A stretch of 63,999 nt of DNA, filler included, from Catajapyx aquilonaris (Eukaryota): the NCBI GenBank assembly GCA_000934665.2. It is 3 parts of 3 records of this genome, joined end to end, with 100 filler letters (N's around TTAATTAATTAA, not from the genome) between each part and the next. Parts side by side here need not be neighbours in the genome. Positions count along the whole stretch, not along the records: positions 21,568 to 43,028 come from KZ539466.1; 2 more parts are not named here. One strand, written 5' to 3'. The notes under the pieces are model-generated. The model did no database searches. It worked only from the letters and a program-made list of their open reading frames with translations, and was not told the origin of the DNA. Shown here in pieces: positions 25,133-36,386 of the stretch (its first letter is position 1; every line of letters starts with the position of its first letter). A program made the translations under genes and the position numbers.

Positions 25133-26129
25133 TCAGATCTTGGAATAGTATATGGTACAGTCCTTTAGACGATGACCTTTCCAGGCAAGGATGAACATGA
25201 ATTTTCCTGTTTTGCCTTCACTTTCGATTCCTTGTCAATAGAAGGAGTAGCCATAATGCATTTAAAGCCACTGGTTGCCATACTGAATCTGGCCCACCTG
25301 CTGTGGTGAGTGTCTGCCCCAGTGCAGTGGCCGACTCGAGCGCTTGCAGTGCCAGAAGCCAGCGACTGCAGTAGTCTGTGGCTGTGGCGCGCAACTGAAG
25401 TGGCCACATCTGAACCAGCCTGAGCGACTGCAGTGGTCAGTTGCTGTGACGCACGACTAAAGTGGCCACGTGTGAACAGGCCCTAAAGGTACCTTTCTCA
25501 TGATACCAAGGGCAATTCAATGTCACCTCTACCCTTCCACTTTATTTCTATCACTTGACAAAAGTTGGGAACACACCTTGATTTTGGTTTTTTGCATAAA
25601 GAACAAAAACCAAAAAGGAGAAGGCTAAGTTTTGCCTGGCTTAGAGGCCATAGTGACATACGTGCTGTGTGAGTTACTGCTTCAGGGCTTTCCAAACGTA
25701 TTTATTATTGCTGATGTTACAACAATACCCTGTTACAACTGACCCCGATCTCCCTCGCTCGCCTAGAACCCCTCTATCATTTCCAAAAGCAATGGTAGAT
25801 TAAATTTCCGAACGCTGAATTCTTCTTCCCACCCTACCTGGAAACATGATGTTTGGTTTAACGCTTACCTTAGTTCATGGGAATGTAGCACCATTCACAA
25901 TAAATGCTGTAATTGGCCTTCACCGACCTCCATATGCACTCGAACGTTACTCGACGCGACTCTCCTTATTATCGAAAGTCCTCAGCAGCCTATCGACATT
26001 AATAGTCAGGATTGCTGCATCTAGTGTTTTGGACCAATGCAGTGGCAGATGGCCTCCATTAGAGAAAGAAAAAAATCGTAAAAATTGAATCACAGGCTTC
26101 TGGCAGGACTGAAAAAGTCAGTACGATTT

Positions 26130-26494
26130 TGTCACAAGAAATTGGATATCCTGTTTCCACCTGTCAAAAGAGCCACGAATGGGGATATTTGAAGAGTTGT
26201 GCTTACAACAATAAATGTGGCCGTTAGAAGACTTGGAAAGCAACATCAGTGTAGCAATCCAGACCATTTATGAGGATATGCTGTGGAGAACCTTCGATAA
26301 TAATAGGAGATTTGCATCGTGACGCGTTCGAGTGCGTATGGAGGTCATTGAAGGTCAATCCCAGCATTTATTGTGAATTATGCTACATTCCCATGAACTA
26401 AGGTAAGTTTTAAACCCAACATCACGTTTCTAGGTAGAGTGGTAAGAAAAATATAGTAGATTCTTTGGGGGCACTACCTAGTGAAACACCCTGT
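26130..26494 (+). mobile_element. Tc1/mariner transposase 3' remnant with TIR
   Basis: WGYLKS...Y motif, then a decayed C-terminus; ends GAAACACCCTG|TA. Confidence 0.55.
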
Positions 26495-27269
26495 ATAAGG
26501 CGTAATTGAATAATAATCGATCCAAGCTCTGAATGCTGATGGAATTTTCTATTGGAAATGGCCCATTGGTCCCATTCGCATTGAACATTTATGATAGAAC
26601 CCATTTTTTGCAGGCTAGGCCCACTGCAGATATTTAAAAGGATGGGTCCACACTACCTGATATTACCTATTAATATTTGATAACCACTGAAAGTGACTAT
26701 TCAAAAATAATTGCTTAAATGCAAACGCCTTAGTTCCAGCAAAGCTACTAACTGAAACATACAGGCTGTTCCCTAATTCATCTGCCAAACGGATATGAAT
26801 GGTAGGGGATGCGTCTAGAAGAAGCATGGTATGGGCCCGAAAGACGAGCGACAACATTGACGTAAACGATGTCCATCCTGACAAATGTGGATACCCCCAT
26901 ACAATCCTGCATCGCTGGTTGCCGGAGTCAGGCATTTGCACTACCAGACCATTTCTCAACCACCTGACTCCAGCAATCAGCAATGCAGGCATGTATGGGG
27001 GTATCCATACTTGTCAGGATGGACATCGTCGACATCAGAGGTCAAATCTCCTAGACCTAGAGTCGCCCCTTTCGGTTTTGTTATGTAAATGATGCATCTA
27101 GTGCAGTGGTTTCCAACCTTTTTCAGGTCGCGACCCTCTTTTATGATAGTCAAGTAACCTGTGACTCCCTCCCCCCTCCCCGAGTGTTAGTAGATATTGA
27201 AAAAAACCGTCTTGACGAAAATTTCCAATAAAATTTATTTTTTATATTTTTTATATTTTATGCAATGTT

Positions 27270-27350
27270 AAAAATGTTAAATGTTTAAAACGTTAAATGT
27301 TAAAAATGTTAAATGTTAAAAATGTTAAATGTTAAATGTTAAAAATTATA
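27270..27350. repeat. AT-rich minisatellite, (AATGTTAAA)-like units
   Basis: Tandem AATGTTAAA/AAATGTTAAAA units. Confidence 0.8.
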
Positions 27351-27577
27351 AAAACAACCGCAGCCTCTCACGGCCCCCCTGGACCTGCTCCATGGCTGCA
27401 AAACGTCTCACGAAGCATTCCAGGAAAATCCTTCCTGGCTTAGAACCTCACCAACTGTGGTCACCTCAACGTCACCATTCACCATCCTGTCCCTTGGTCT
27501 TGTCCCCATCTGCCGGACTGGTCCCAGTCGCTCCATCTTTGAGTTTGATAATCCTCACTTGTGAGCCACCTTCACAG

Positions 27578-27640
<63 letters not shown>

Positions 27641-28046
27641 TGATCAGGGGTTTACCTATGAAGTTGTTGTTTTTGAATTAAAAGTTTGACATAATTTTTT
27701 TAAAGAAATACACTGAATTGAAGACGTCACTTGCCAAAGGGCCCAACTCACAAAATTTCGAAAAACTGTTTCATTGTGGATTCATACTCTTGGAGTCGGA
27801 CCTCACAGCTTTGGGGAAGATGAAGGGCCAAAGTCAATCAGAAGTGCGTTAAAATTGAATGTGATCATGTGCAGTCCATTGCCTACTACTGGACTTGGGC
27901 CCTTTGGCAACTGACTGGACATAAATCAGATTCTGATTGACGTTAATAATAATGAACATAGGATGGAAACAAAACTGGTCACACCTTTCTTTGTAGTAGC
28001 CTACTACTTTATGAATATGACGTGTTCAGATGGACAGGCATGACTA

Positions 28047-29082
28047 CGAGGTGCTACCCAAAAGCTTGCGAACTGACGCCAGTACTTTTGAACTGCACAT
28101 AGTTCGCTACCACCCTAGGTAGTGCTGCAGGTGACCTTTCTGAACTACTCTGCCAAGTGGCAATGTCAGAGCTTGAATGGATCAGTTTCTGTGGGTGGTT
28201 TTGTAGTGTTGTGTTTGGTGCGTTCTGTGATTCTATCTGGGGGGTGAAAATGGATGGCCTAAAAGAACAGTGTAAATTTTGTTTCAAACTTGGCAAAAGT
28301 GCTGCAAACTCACAAGACGCTACAAGATGCATTCGGTGACAATGTTTTAGGGACATAGAAATTATATAATCGGGGTTCAAAGATGTCCCCATTTCAATTG
28401 CAGACGACAATCGTTTTGTACGTCCTTTGAAGAGCACAACCCCATGGAACATGGGTAAAATTATTCTCACCTCTTCTTTATTTCAGCTGAATTTTCATTT
28501 TTGGGTTAGGAAGATGTCACAGGGAGCTAAATCTGGCGAAAAAGGCGGCTGAGGAAGGACATTTGAAGGAAACGCCTCGCGAAGTGGCGCGAGAACAACA
28601 TCATGACAACTCGCGCGCTCACCCCGCGTTTGCCGCGCAGCAGTATTTGGCTTCCCAAAGCATGAAGATTGTCCCTTACCCACCTTTTTCGCCAGATTTA
28701 GCTCCCTGCGACTTCTTCCTATTCCCGAAAATGAAAATTAAGTTGAAAGGAAGAAGATTTGACTCTGTAAAGGGGAGGCATGGTGGTCTAGCGGTTATGC
28801 CGCTGGCCAGCCAAGCGGGGGACCGGGGTTCAAATCCCGTCCCCGTCACCTCCGCTTGGCCGGGTATTTTTTTGCTTTTCACCCGACATGCCGGAGCAGA
28901 ATTGCACTCCCTACTCTGCCCAGGGCCAAGAGAAAAGGTCTGGTATTAAAAAGAAGGTCTGCAATGACTGGAAACTACAGAGCGCCCTCCCTTGGGAACC
29001 TTCCCTTCCCCCACAACTAAGGTGTGCGGTAAGCTCATTTTTCAGAAAAAAATCAGTTTGCGAACTTTTGGGTAGCACCTTG
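28047..29082 (+). mobile_element. Second decayed mariner, nested
   Basis: TA|CGAGGTGCTACCCAAAAG ... CTTTTGGGTAGCACCTTG; KFCFKLGKSA; HHDNSRAH; PPFSPDLAPCDFFLFPKMK. Confidence 0.85.
28771..29030 (+). mobile_element. tRNA(Gly)-like SINE, family D, copy 1
   Basis: GCATGGTGGTCTAGCGG...GGTTCAAATCCC head; body matches the inverted copy at 30916-31172. Confidence 0.7.
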
Positions 29083-30547
29083 TCTACCACAGAAATTTTC
29101 AGCATGAAATGTTGGTGCGGGCATTCACTTGCCAAAGGGCCCAAGTCCACTTGTTTTGACCTTCAATAGACTCTGACCTATTGCTTTCTAGTAGATGATG
29201 TTTATGCCACTAGGTGTATATAATGGTGGCATATTAGTATCATAAACTGCGAAACTCTGAATGGAGCAATTATGCATAATTATATGCAGTTTTTAGTCTC
29301 TCCTGAAAAATTTTGATGGACTTGGGCCCTTTGGCAAGTGACGTCTTCCATTTTCAATCAAAGTATGCACCCATACTATCAATACACTTTTGCCATTTCT
29401 GTGGCAGTTGGTTTATGCCGCTGCTTTAGAAGCCTGATGAACATGGGGTGATGAAGTCATGGAAGGCACTTTCGACAGCATCTTGCGAATTCAATTTTTC
29501 CCCATGTAAAAAGTATTCCACATTCCGAAAGAAATGGTAGTCTGTTGGTGCAAGATCTGGGGAATACGGTGGATGACAGAGCGTTTCCAACTGCAGCTCG
29601 TGCCATTTTGACATGGTCATTTATGCAGTGTGTCCTCGCACATTGTCATGCGACAGGATGGGAGTAGCCTAGAGTGATTGACAAATCTCAGTTGTTTAAT
29701 TGCAAGCTTCTCTATCATGGTTTGCAGTTCCTTGCAGTAGACAACTGCCGTAATCAAAGTCCTAGGTTTCATGAAGCTGAAATGAATAACACCAGCGGTG
29801 GACCATCAACAGTCACCAGAGTTTCTTTTGACAGATGTTCCTTCTCGAGCATTGTTTTGGTGCTTTACCTGGATCCAACCATTGCGATGAGCATTTACAA
29901 TTATCATACGGGATCAATTTTTCATTGCAAGTAACAATTCGATTAAAAAATCAGTCATTTTTCTTAAGATTCAACAGCGCAATGCAGGTTTTAATGAACT
30001 TCTTTCTGACATTTGTTCAATTCGTGCAGCATCCACTTTTCCAACTTTTTTATTTCACTGATATAATTCAAATGAATCAAAATCGTTTTAAATACTAACA
30101 TTAAACTTTGCTGCTAATTCACTCGAAGTTTCAGCTTCCATGCTCGCTTTCAATTCATCATTATCAGCCTTCGTCCCAGGTCACCCACCGACTCATTCTC
30201 CAGATCAAAATTTCCAGAACAAAACCGATTGAACCAGCAACAGACTGTACGTTCGTTTGTTGTTGACTGGTATGTAGCCTTGATATTGCTGGATGTCTGT
30301 GCTGCATTAGTTCCACGAGATAACTCATATTTGCAAATCATGCAAATTTTAACTTGATTCATGGTTGCACAAAAGCAATCCTCAAAAGAGTAAATAAAGA
30401 TATAGAACATGTAAAACAGTTTTAAAAAGGTAAAAGACATGGCCTTTAAACAAGAAAATAATGTAACTGAAATATTGCGTTAAGCCAGAGATATTGAACA
30501 TCAAAGTCGACAGAAACAACAACTTCATAGTTAAACCCCTGAATAAC

Positions 30548-30606
<59 letters not shown>

Positions 30607-30656
30607 TGATGATGATGGGTAGTGCGACCTCAGATGAGGTATAACATGTATACCCC

Positions 30657-30857
30657 CGCGAGCATAAAGATTGAGACGGCAGGCCCTTTTTTTACCTTTC
30701 TTTATCCGACTCAAATTAATGAACTTTTGGACCGAGTTAGCTGCTTCGGTCGTGTGTTCGTGTATTTATTACAGTATATTTGATACCGTAATTGCTGATA
30801 TTGGCAGAGCAGCCTGCCAAAGGTGAGGGCCTGCCGTCTCCATCTTTATGCTCGCGC
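30657..30857. mobile_element. Small MITE-like inverted repeat
   Basis: ~30-bp arms GCGAGCATAAAGAT(T/G)GAGACGGCAGGCCCT with one mismatch. Confidence 0.6.
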
Positions 30858-30915
30858 ATGTACCTTTATTTATATGCATACATTCAATTTCCAGAGGAGC
30901 TTATTTGCTGCACTG

Positions 30916-31172
30916 CCTTGGTACGTGGGCATGTGGGGAGGGTGAGGTTCCCAAGGGAGGGCACTCTTGAATAGTTTCTAATAATTTCGGACAATCCTTA
31001 TGCCAGACCTTTTCTCGTGGCTCTGGGCAGAGCAGGTGATGCTAGTCTGCCCCAGCACGTCAAGTGAAAAGCGGAAACAGATCAGACCAAGCGAAAGTGA
31101 TGGGGATTTAAACCCCGGACCTCCCACTTGGCTGGCCAGTATCATGGCCACTAGACCACCATGCCCCGCTAC
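30916..31172 (-). mobile_element. SINE family D, copy 2
   Basis: Reverse complement matches the 28771 copy (GCATGGTGGTCTAGTGG...GAAAAGGTCTGG...GCCCTCCCTTGGGAACC). Confidence 0.7.
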
Positions 31173-31990
31173 CCTTCAAAAATAATTGAACACTATACAT
31201 TCCAGGCTCATAAAACATGATAAAATAATTTTGAACATGTCATCATGCTGCTATTATTTTTAATGCTTGATAGCTTCAATCACAACCACTATGAAAAGGA
31301 GCTCACTTGAAAAAGTGGCAAAGTTATAATTTTTACTGTGGGGATTCCCTGCAGAAGCTTTGTTTAAATTAACCGACCTGGCTTACAACACCATATCCAT
31401 CCAATGCATGCATTGATGTGTATCCCTACCTTGTCGGCCTCCTACATGCGAACAAAATATCAACATTTGTCAAAACTGAATAATGCATTCATAATAAAGA
31501 GTGTCGAACCGATTCCTTGAACGAGGAGGCCCAAAGGGATGACGCTCCTCTTGTGCAGGGACTCCGTCCCTCAGATCTTCCTCATCAAAATTGAGTTGCC
31601 TCCTACATCTATCTAAAGTGACGTGCATTCTGGCCCTCATGAGTCGTTCCTCATAGCTCATTGCTAAAATATTCCAAAAAATATCATGAAGTAATATAGT
31701 AAATCTTCAGGCTATACTGTACATTACACCAGATGACTAAATTCGCGAAGTTATATACAGTATAGGAAAACCTGAGCATAAAATGTGTATGAGTGAAAGT
31801 ATGTACTGTATGACAACTAGACTGCTTTTTTTCATTTATACTGCATTCCTCACTCACTAATAAACATTTTGTAGCATATTTTACATTATTTTGACTTCCT
31901 GCATCATACTACATTGCCCTGGTTTCTTTTTGTTTTAAAGGACACTATAAGAGCACCAACATCCACGATTAATTTACGCAATGTAGCAGC

Positions 31991-32418
31991 CAGTGCCGGA
32001 TTTACGGCAAGGCAACCTAGGCAGTTCCCTAGGGTGGGAGATTTCAAGGGGCTGCGAATTTAGCCATACAAAAATAGTAAACGAAGAATTCATAATAAAT
32101 AATTACGCGATTGGAAGTAGCGCCAGATTTAGCATTAGGCAGAGTAGGCAATTGCCTAGGGGTAGCCGTGAGTTGCAATAAATATTTTTTAAAGGCAAAA
32201 GTAGTAAAAAATTAACAATTTCCGTCAGGGGGGTTCCCAGCGTCGGATTTGCCACTAGGAAGAAAAAGCCTAAGGGCGGCCGTCCTGAGCCATAAGTTGA
32301 AATATAAAATAGAGAAGGCGAGAACTCAAGAGAAAAAGTGACTTTTTAAGCGGCATGGGGGGTGGCGGCTGATCTTGACTGCCGGGGGGGGCGGGGGGGG
32401 GGTGTAAATCTGGCAATG
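31991..32418. mobile_element. hAT-type MITE
   Basis: CAGTGCCGGATTTAC ... GTAAATCTGGCAATG, with perfect 8-bp TSD GTAGCAGC. Confidence 0.85.
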
Positions 32419-34271
32419 GTAGCAGCCAGTTTAAAGAGAAGCAATCTCAGTTGTAAGCAACAGTCAGGGCCACATTCAGAGGTCATGATTGTTTTTTCTA
32501 GCTTTAAATTGGTTGGTGAGGTAAACAGTCCATAATTTGAAGAGTGGAAATGATAAAGGCTCGAAGTGCCAAAAATAAAATGAGATTATGCACTAAGAGC
32601 TCTATGGGCCAAGCCAATACTAATATGAAACCTCCAAATGCCCCAGATGGCTCATTTGATAGCAGTAAATCCCCAAAGATATAGCCTCCTCAGACCCAAA
32701 AGAATTCTATTCAACATACATGCTTAAGATTTTGTGTCTAGATGTAATGGGGAACTAGCCTTCATTTTGGAAACTACATAATAAATTCGCCCATATTTTT
32801 TGGATTTTTTTGGCATATTCCGTTTTAAGAAACCAGTTTCAGTTCCCGAGTAATTAGGGTTTTTTCGAAGGAAAATGGTGACGTCACTGGTTTCCTCGAA
32901 AATGTTGACGTCACGCGAAGTGAAATGAACGCAAAAATGATGTTATAGAACGCGCCCCGGCAGGGTCGTAAAATAATTCGTTGTAGGCTACTGTGCTGGA
33001 CACGGCTGGACATTTTAGCAGTCCGAGTGTTTACTTAGTTGCCAGGTAACGAGCGCGTTTTTACTAGAATCCGCTCAAACCACTTCGTGCGTGGCAGTGA
33101 TGCCAGCAGCTCGGAAATATCTGTCTCCCGAATTAGGCACATAAAGGCCCCCCTTCTCCACCTCGATGGCCTACAGCTGCCTTGCGAATGCTTTCCGTCG
33201 TGTCCGCGGTTAATTCAAAGTCAAATTCCTCATATCTCGCAGTCAACCAGGCATTTCAGTGTACCCTTTCGATTGGCACCACCCCTGTTTTTCCCTCCAA
33301 TTTTGAAGGCACTTTTAAATATGCCGTAATTTATCCAGTAATGTCATTTTGATGCAACAGAGTGGTGGAATGTATGTTTACAGGCATGGGCTAGCTAGTT
33401 ATGAACAAAAATCCCAAATCCCAGACCAAGGCTACTTCCCCATTGCACACTGTGAACAAAAGACCATCCTACACATTTTTAAAAAATTCTGCACCATTGT
33501 TGAGTTAGAGGACTATTGCATGCAATACATTGTGTCTTAGAACTTCTGATATAATGTGGTATTGCTAGTAATGCAAACAACTTTCATATCTCAACATCTC
33601 TTCTTCTATGTGGTAAAGTGCGAAACAGTTGCGGAATCATGCTTCCACTGTGAATGACGCTTTCCAAATTTCCAGCATTTATGCACAAAGGATGGCACTA
33701 TTCAACAACATTTTTACACCAGGCCCAGCATCTACGCCTGGCATGGCATTTAAACTGTGGGTTAGAAGTAACTTCACTACCCTTCAGGTAGATTTCCCCT
33801 GATACAACAGGATCGCAGGCATCTCACAGGTGGCTGTCATGTTGGCAATATGCACAATAGTGACTTGCTTCACGAGGTATATACCAGATGAAGATGTTAT
33901 TCCTGTTTCTTTTATTTTTAAAATAGAAAGGACCACTGGGCCCTGCTCTCCCCCTATCTCTAATTGTCTCCTGAGAGCAATTGCTACCACCAATTCCACA
34001 AATGAATTTAAAAGACAAAGTGTGGAGGATAGCGCACTATGTGAGTGATCCATGAAGTGGCATTTAACTTTTCAGCATTCATCCGTTCTGCTTTTGTGGC
34101 AGCAATTGAGTCTTAATAGGACATTGTTTTTTTGTCATTACTTTGGTCAATACTTTAGAACTAATTTTTTTTTCTCTTATTGATAATATGTTAAGAAAAT
34201 GCAACAGGAACTGACATCATGTTACAAAGTTTTTCTCAGTCTCAAGAGGATATACAGTATAGCAATAATGG

Positions 34272-34537
34272 GGATGTCCCGCCTGGGAGTTCCTGTCCAC
34301 CTGCGTCAGGAGGGTCTCTGACCTGCACCAAGGAGGTGTCTGGCAACCTAACCTCCTGGGGAACAGCACATGACCCAATTTGAGACACTTGCACTTGCAC
34401 CCGTGTCCCCTCCCCATGAATCCCTATCCTTACCCTGTGTCCTTGATTCCTTGCACCTGATAATGAAGTAAACACTCTAGAAAACTGATGGTGGTGTGCC
34501 ACCCCCCTGTAAGGGCTCAGCCCTATCACGGGGTAAA
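34272..34537 (+). mobile_element. SINE family A, copy 3 (5'-truncated) with microsatellite tail
   Basis: Family A body; ends TATCACGGGGTAAAT, followed by (ATG)/(AAT)/(AAC) repeats. Confidence 0.8.
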
Positions 34538-35124
34538 TGTTTTAAAAAAATGATGATGATAATAATAATTATAATAATAATAATAATAACAACAACAACA
34601 ACAAAAACAACAATAATAATGGGGATGTTAATAAAATTGCAAATAAATAATACTAAAGCCCGTAATGATCACAGCAGTGCAGTGTATGCTAATCTTGAAC
34701 TGTCGCATGCCTATGGTTTTCATATAATTTGTGAAAATGTAAATTCTAATCAATCTTAATTCGAATCTAAGCCAATTATGGTTCCATTCTACTTAACATG
34801 AAAGCAATTTTTTCCTGCCTTAGAAGTAACTACTCCATAATAACTGCTTTAAAAAATTTTGGTGCCTCATTGTGGTAATTTAACTAATCGGCAGTGATGG
34901 GCACTAAATACTTGAATGTAATTAAATACTAAATACTAACTACTGCATAAAATGTAATTAAAAGCTAAATACTGCACAAGAAAGTAATTAGATACTAAAT
35001 ACTAAATACATCAAAAGTATTTAGATACTTTTGTAAATACATTTCAAATACATTTTTTGTTAATGTGAATTTCTTACCATCATTATTTGGATAAAAAAAG
35101 AAAACAACATATTTCTATTATTAT

Positions 35125-36386
35125 GCGAGGCGCATTTAGAAAGTAAGGTCCTTTTTTAAATGAGAAAAACCACGATGCACCCCAGAATTTTTATTTACAC
35201 ATCTGAAATAGACAACTGTATACTTTTTTCAAAATAGTTTCCAGCCAAATCGAGGCATTTTTCATTGAGTTACACACGATTTTGTATGCCTATGTCATGG
35301 AAGTCTGCCGCCAGCTATTTCCGCGACCCCTGAATTCTTCTTCATTGTCAACATTATGCTTTGCAACCATTTCTTCCTGTCCATGGACAGGTGGTAATCG
35401 CTATAGGCTCTAAATCACGAGCGATCAAACAATTCTCGCTTGAATTGTTGCAGTAGGGTTCCAGTACGTAAGACAGAAGGCAGACGGGNNNNNNNNNNNN
35501 NNNNNNNNNNNGGGGGGGGGGGGGGGTCTGTCGGCAATATACTGATACATTCCTTATTAATGGCCATCCTTATCTTCTATAATGTCTCACAATAACCCTT
35601 TGGATTGATCAAACGTAGCGTTGAGTTTCGTGGTGTTTTCTTGCGCGACAGTGCCCGCCTGCCTAGTGCCTTGCGTACTGGAACCGTGCCCCAACAGTTC
35701 AAATTCGAATTGTTAGATCACCCGGGATTTAGAGCTTAGCAATAATTACCACCTGAAAATGGACAGGAAGAAATGGCTTGCAAAGCAGAATGTTGACGAT
35801 GACGAGGAATTGCATTCCAGTGTTCAGGGGTCGCGAAAATGACATCTATGACATAAACATACAAAATATTGAGGAGGGGCGGTGGCCGAGATGGTAACGT
35901 CGCGACTTGCTGAGTGAAAGGCCCCAGGTTCGACCCCCACTTCGGCCACTTGGGAGTTCCCTTTCACCTGTGTTGGGTGGGTCTCTGACCCGCACCTTGG
36001 AGGTGTTTGGCAACCTAACCTCCTGGGGGACATGCACATGGCCCAAACTTGAGACATTGCACCTGCACCTACGTTCCCTCCCCAAAAATCCCTATCCTTA
36101 CCCAATGACCTAGATTTCCCTGCACTGGAGTTGAAGAAAAATGGAAAATAATTAAGAAAATATGGTGGTATCCCACCTCCCCTAAAAGAGCCACAGGCTT
36201 TATCACAGGGTAGAAGAAGACATACAAACTATTGTGTAACTCAATGAAAAATGCCTCGATTTGGCTGGAAACTATTTTGCAAAAAAGTAGACAGTTGTCG
36301 ATTTCAGATGTGTAAATAAAAATTCTGGGGGTGCATTGGGATTGGCTAATTTAAAAAACGGAACTTACTTTCTGGATGCGCCTCGT
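35125..36386. mobile_element. Palindromic mariner-derived MITE (two inverted 3' ends)
   Basis: CGAGGCGCAT..AGAAAGTAAG TIRs. Both arms contain the mariner C-terminus (KCLDLAGNYF). Confidence 0.8.
35872..36219 (+). mobile_element. SINE family A, copy 4 (full length)
   Basis: A-box TGGCCGAGATGG, B-box GGTTCGACCCC, tail TATCACAGGGTAGAAGAAG; TSD ACATACAAA(A/C)TATTG. Confidence 0.85.

Larger units (their letters stand above)
21790..25483. mobile_element. PIF/Harbinger-type non-autonomous element with nested insertions
   Basis: TAA|GGCCTGGTTCACACGTGGCCACTT ... AAGTGGCCACGTGTGAACAGGCCC|TAA; internal GTGGCCAC repeats. Confidence 0.85.
27720..29348. mobile_element. Non-autonomous TIR element (Sola1-like AWWT target) nested in the mariner
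   Basis: AATT|GAAGACGTCACTTGCCAAAGGGCCCAA ... TTGGGCCCTTTGGCAAGTGACGTCTTC|CATT; internal TIR copies at ~27892 and ~29125. Confidence 0.7.
27644..30543 (-). mobile_element. Near full-length decayed mariner (cecropia/Hsmar1-like) inserted in an (AAT)n microsatellite
   Basis: TIRs TCAGGGGTTTA(C/A)CTATGAAGTTGTTGTTT at both ends; N-terminal HTH (KYELSRG...WFNRFCSGNFDLENE); HPPYSPDLAPTDYHFF; C-terminal GAYFD*; (AAT)n on both flanks. Confidence 0.85.

Noticed and set aside
9374..25755. A 16-kb compound transposon capturing ABAT exons 3-9 between inverted GGGAGATCGGGG ends
   Set aside because: Both are diverged copies of the same end, I saw no shared TSD, and the span crosses a contig linker.
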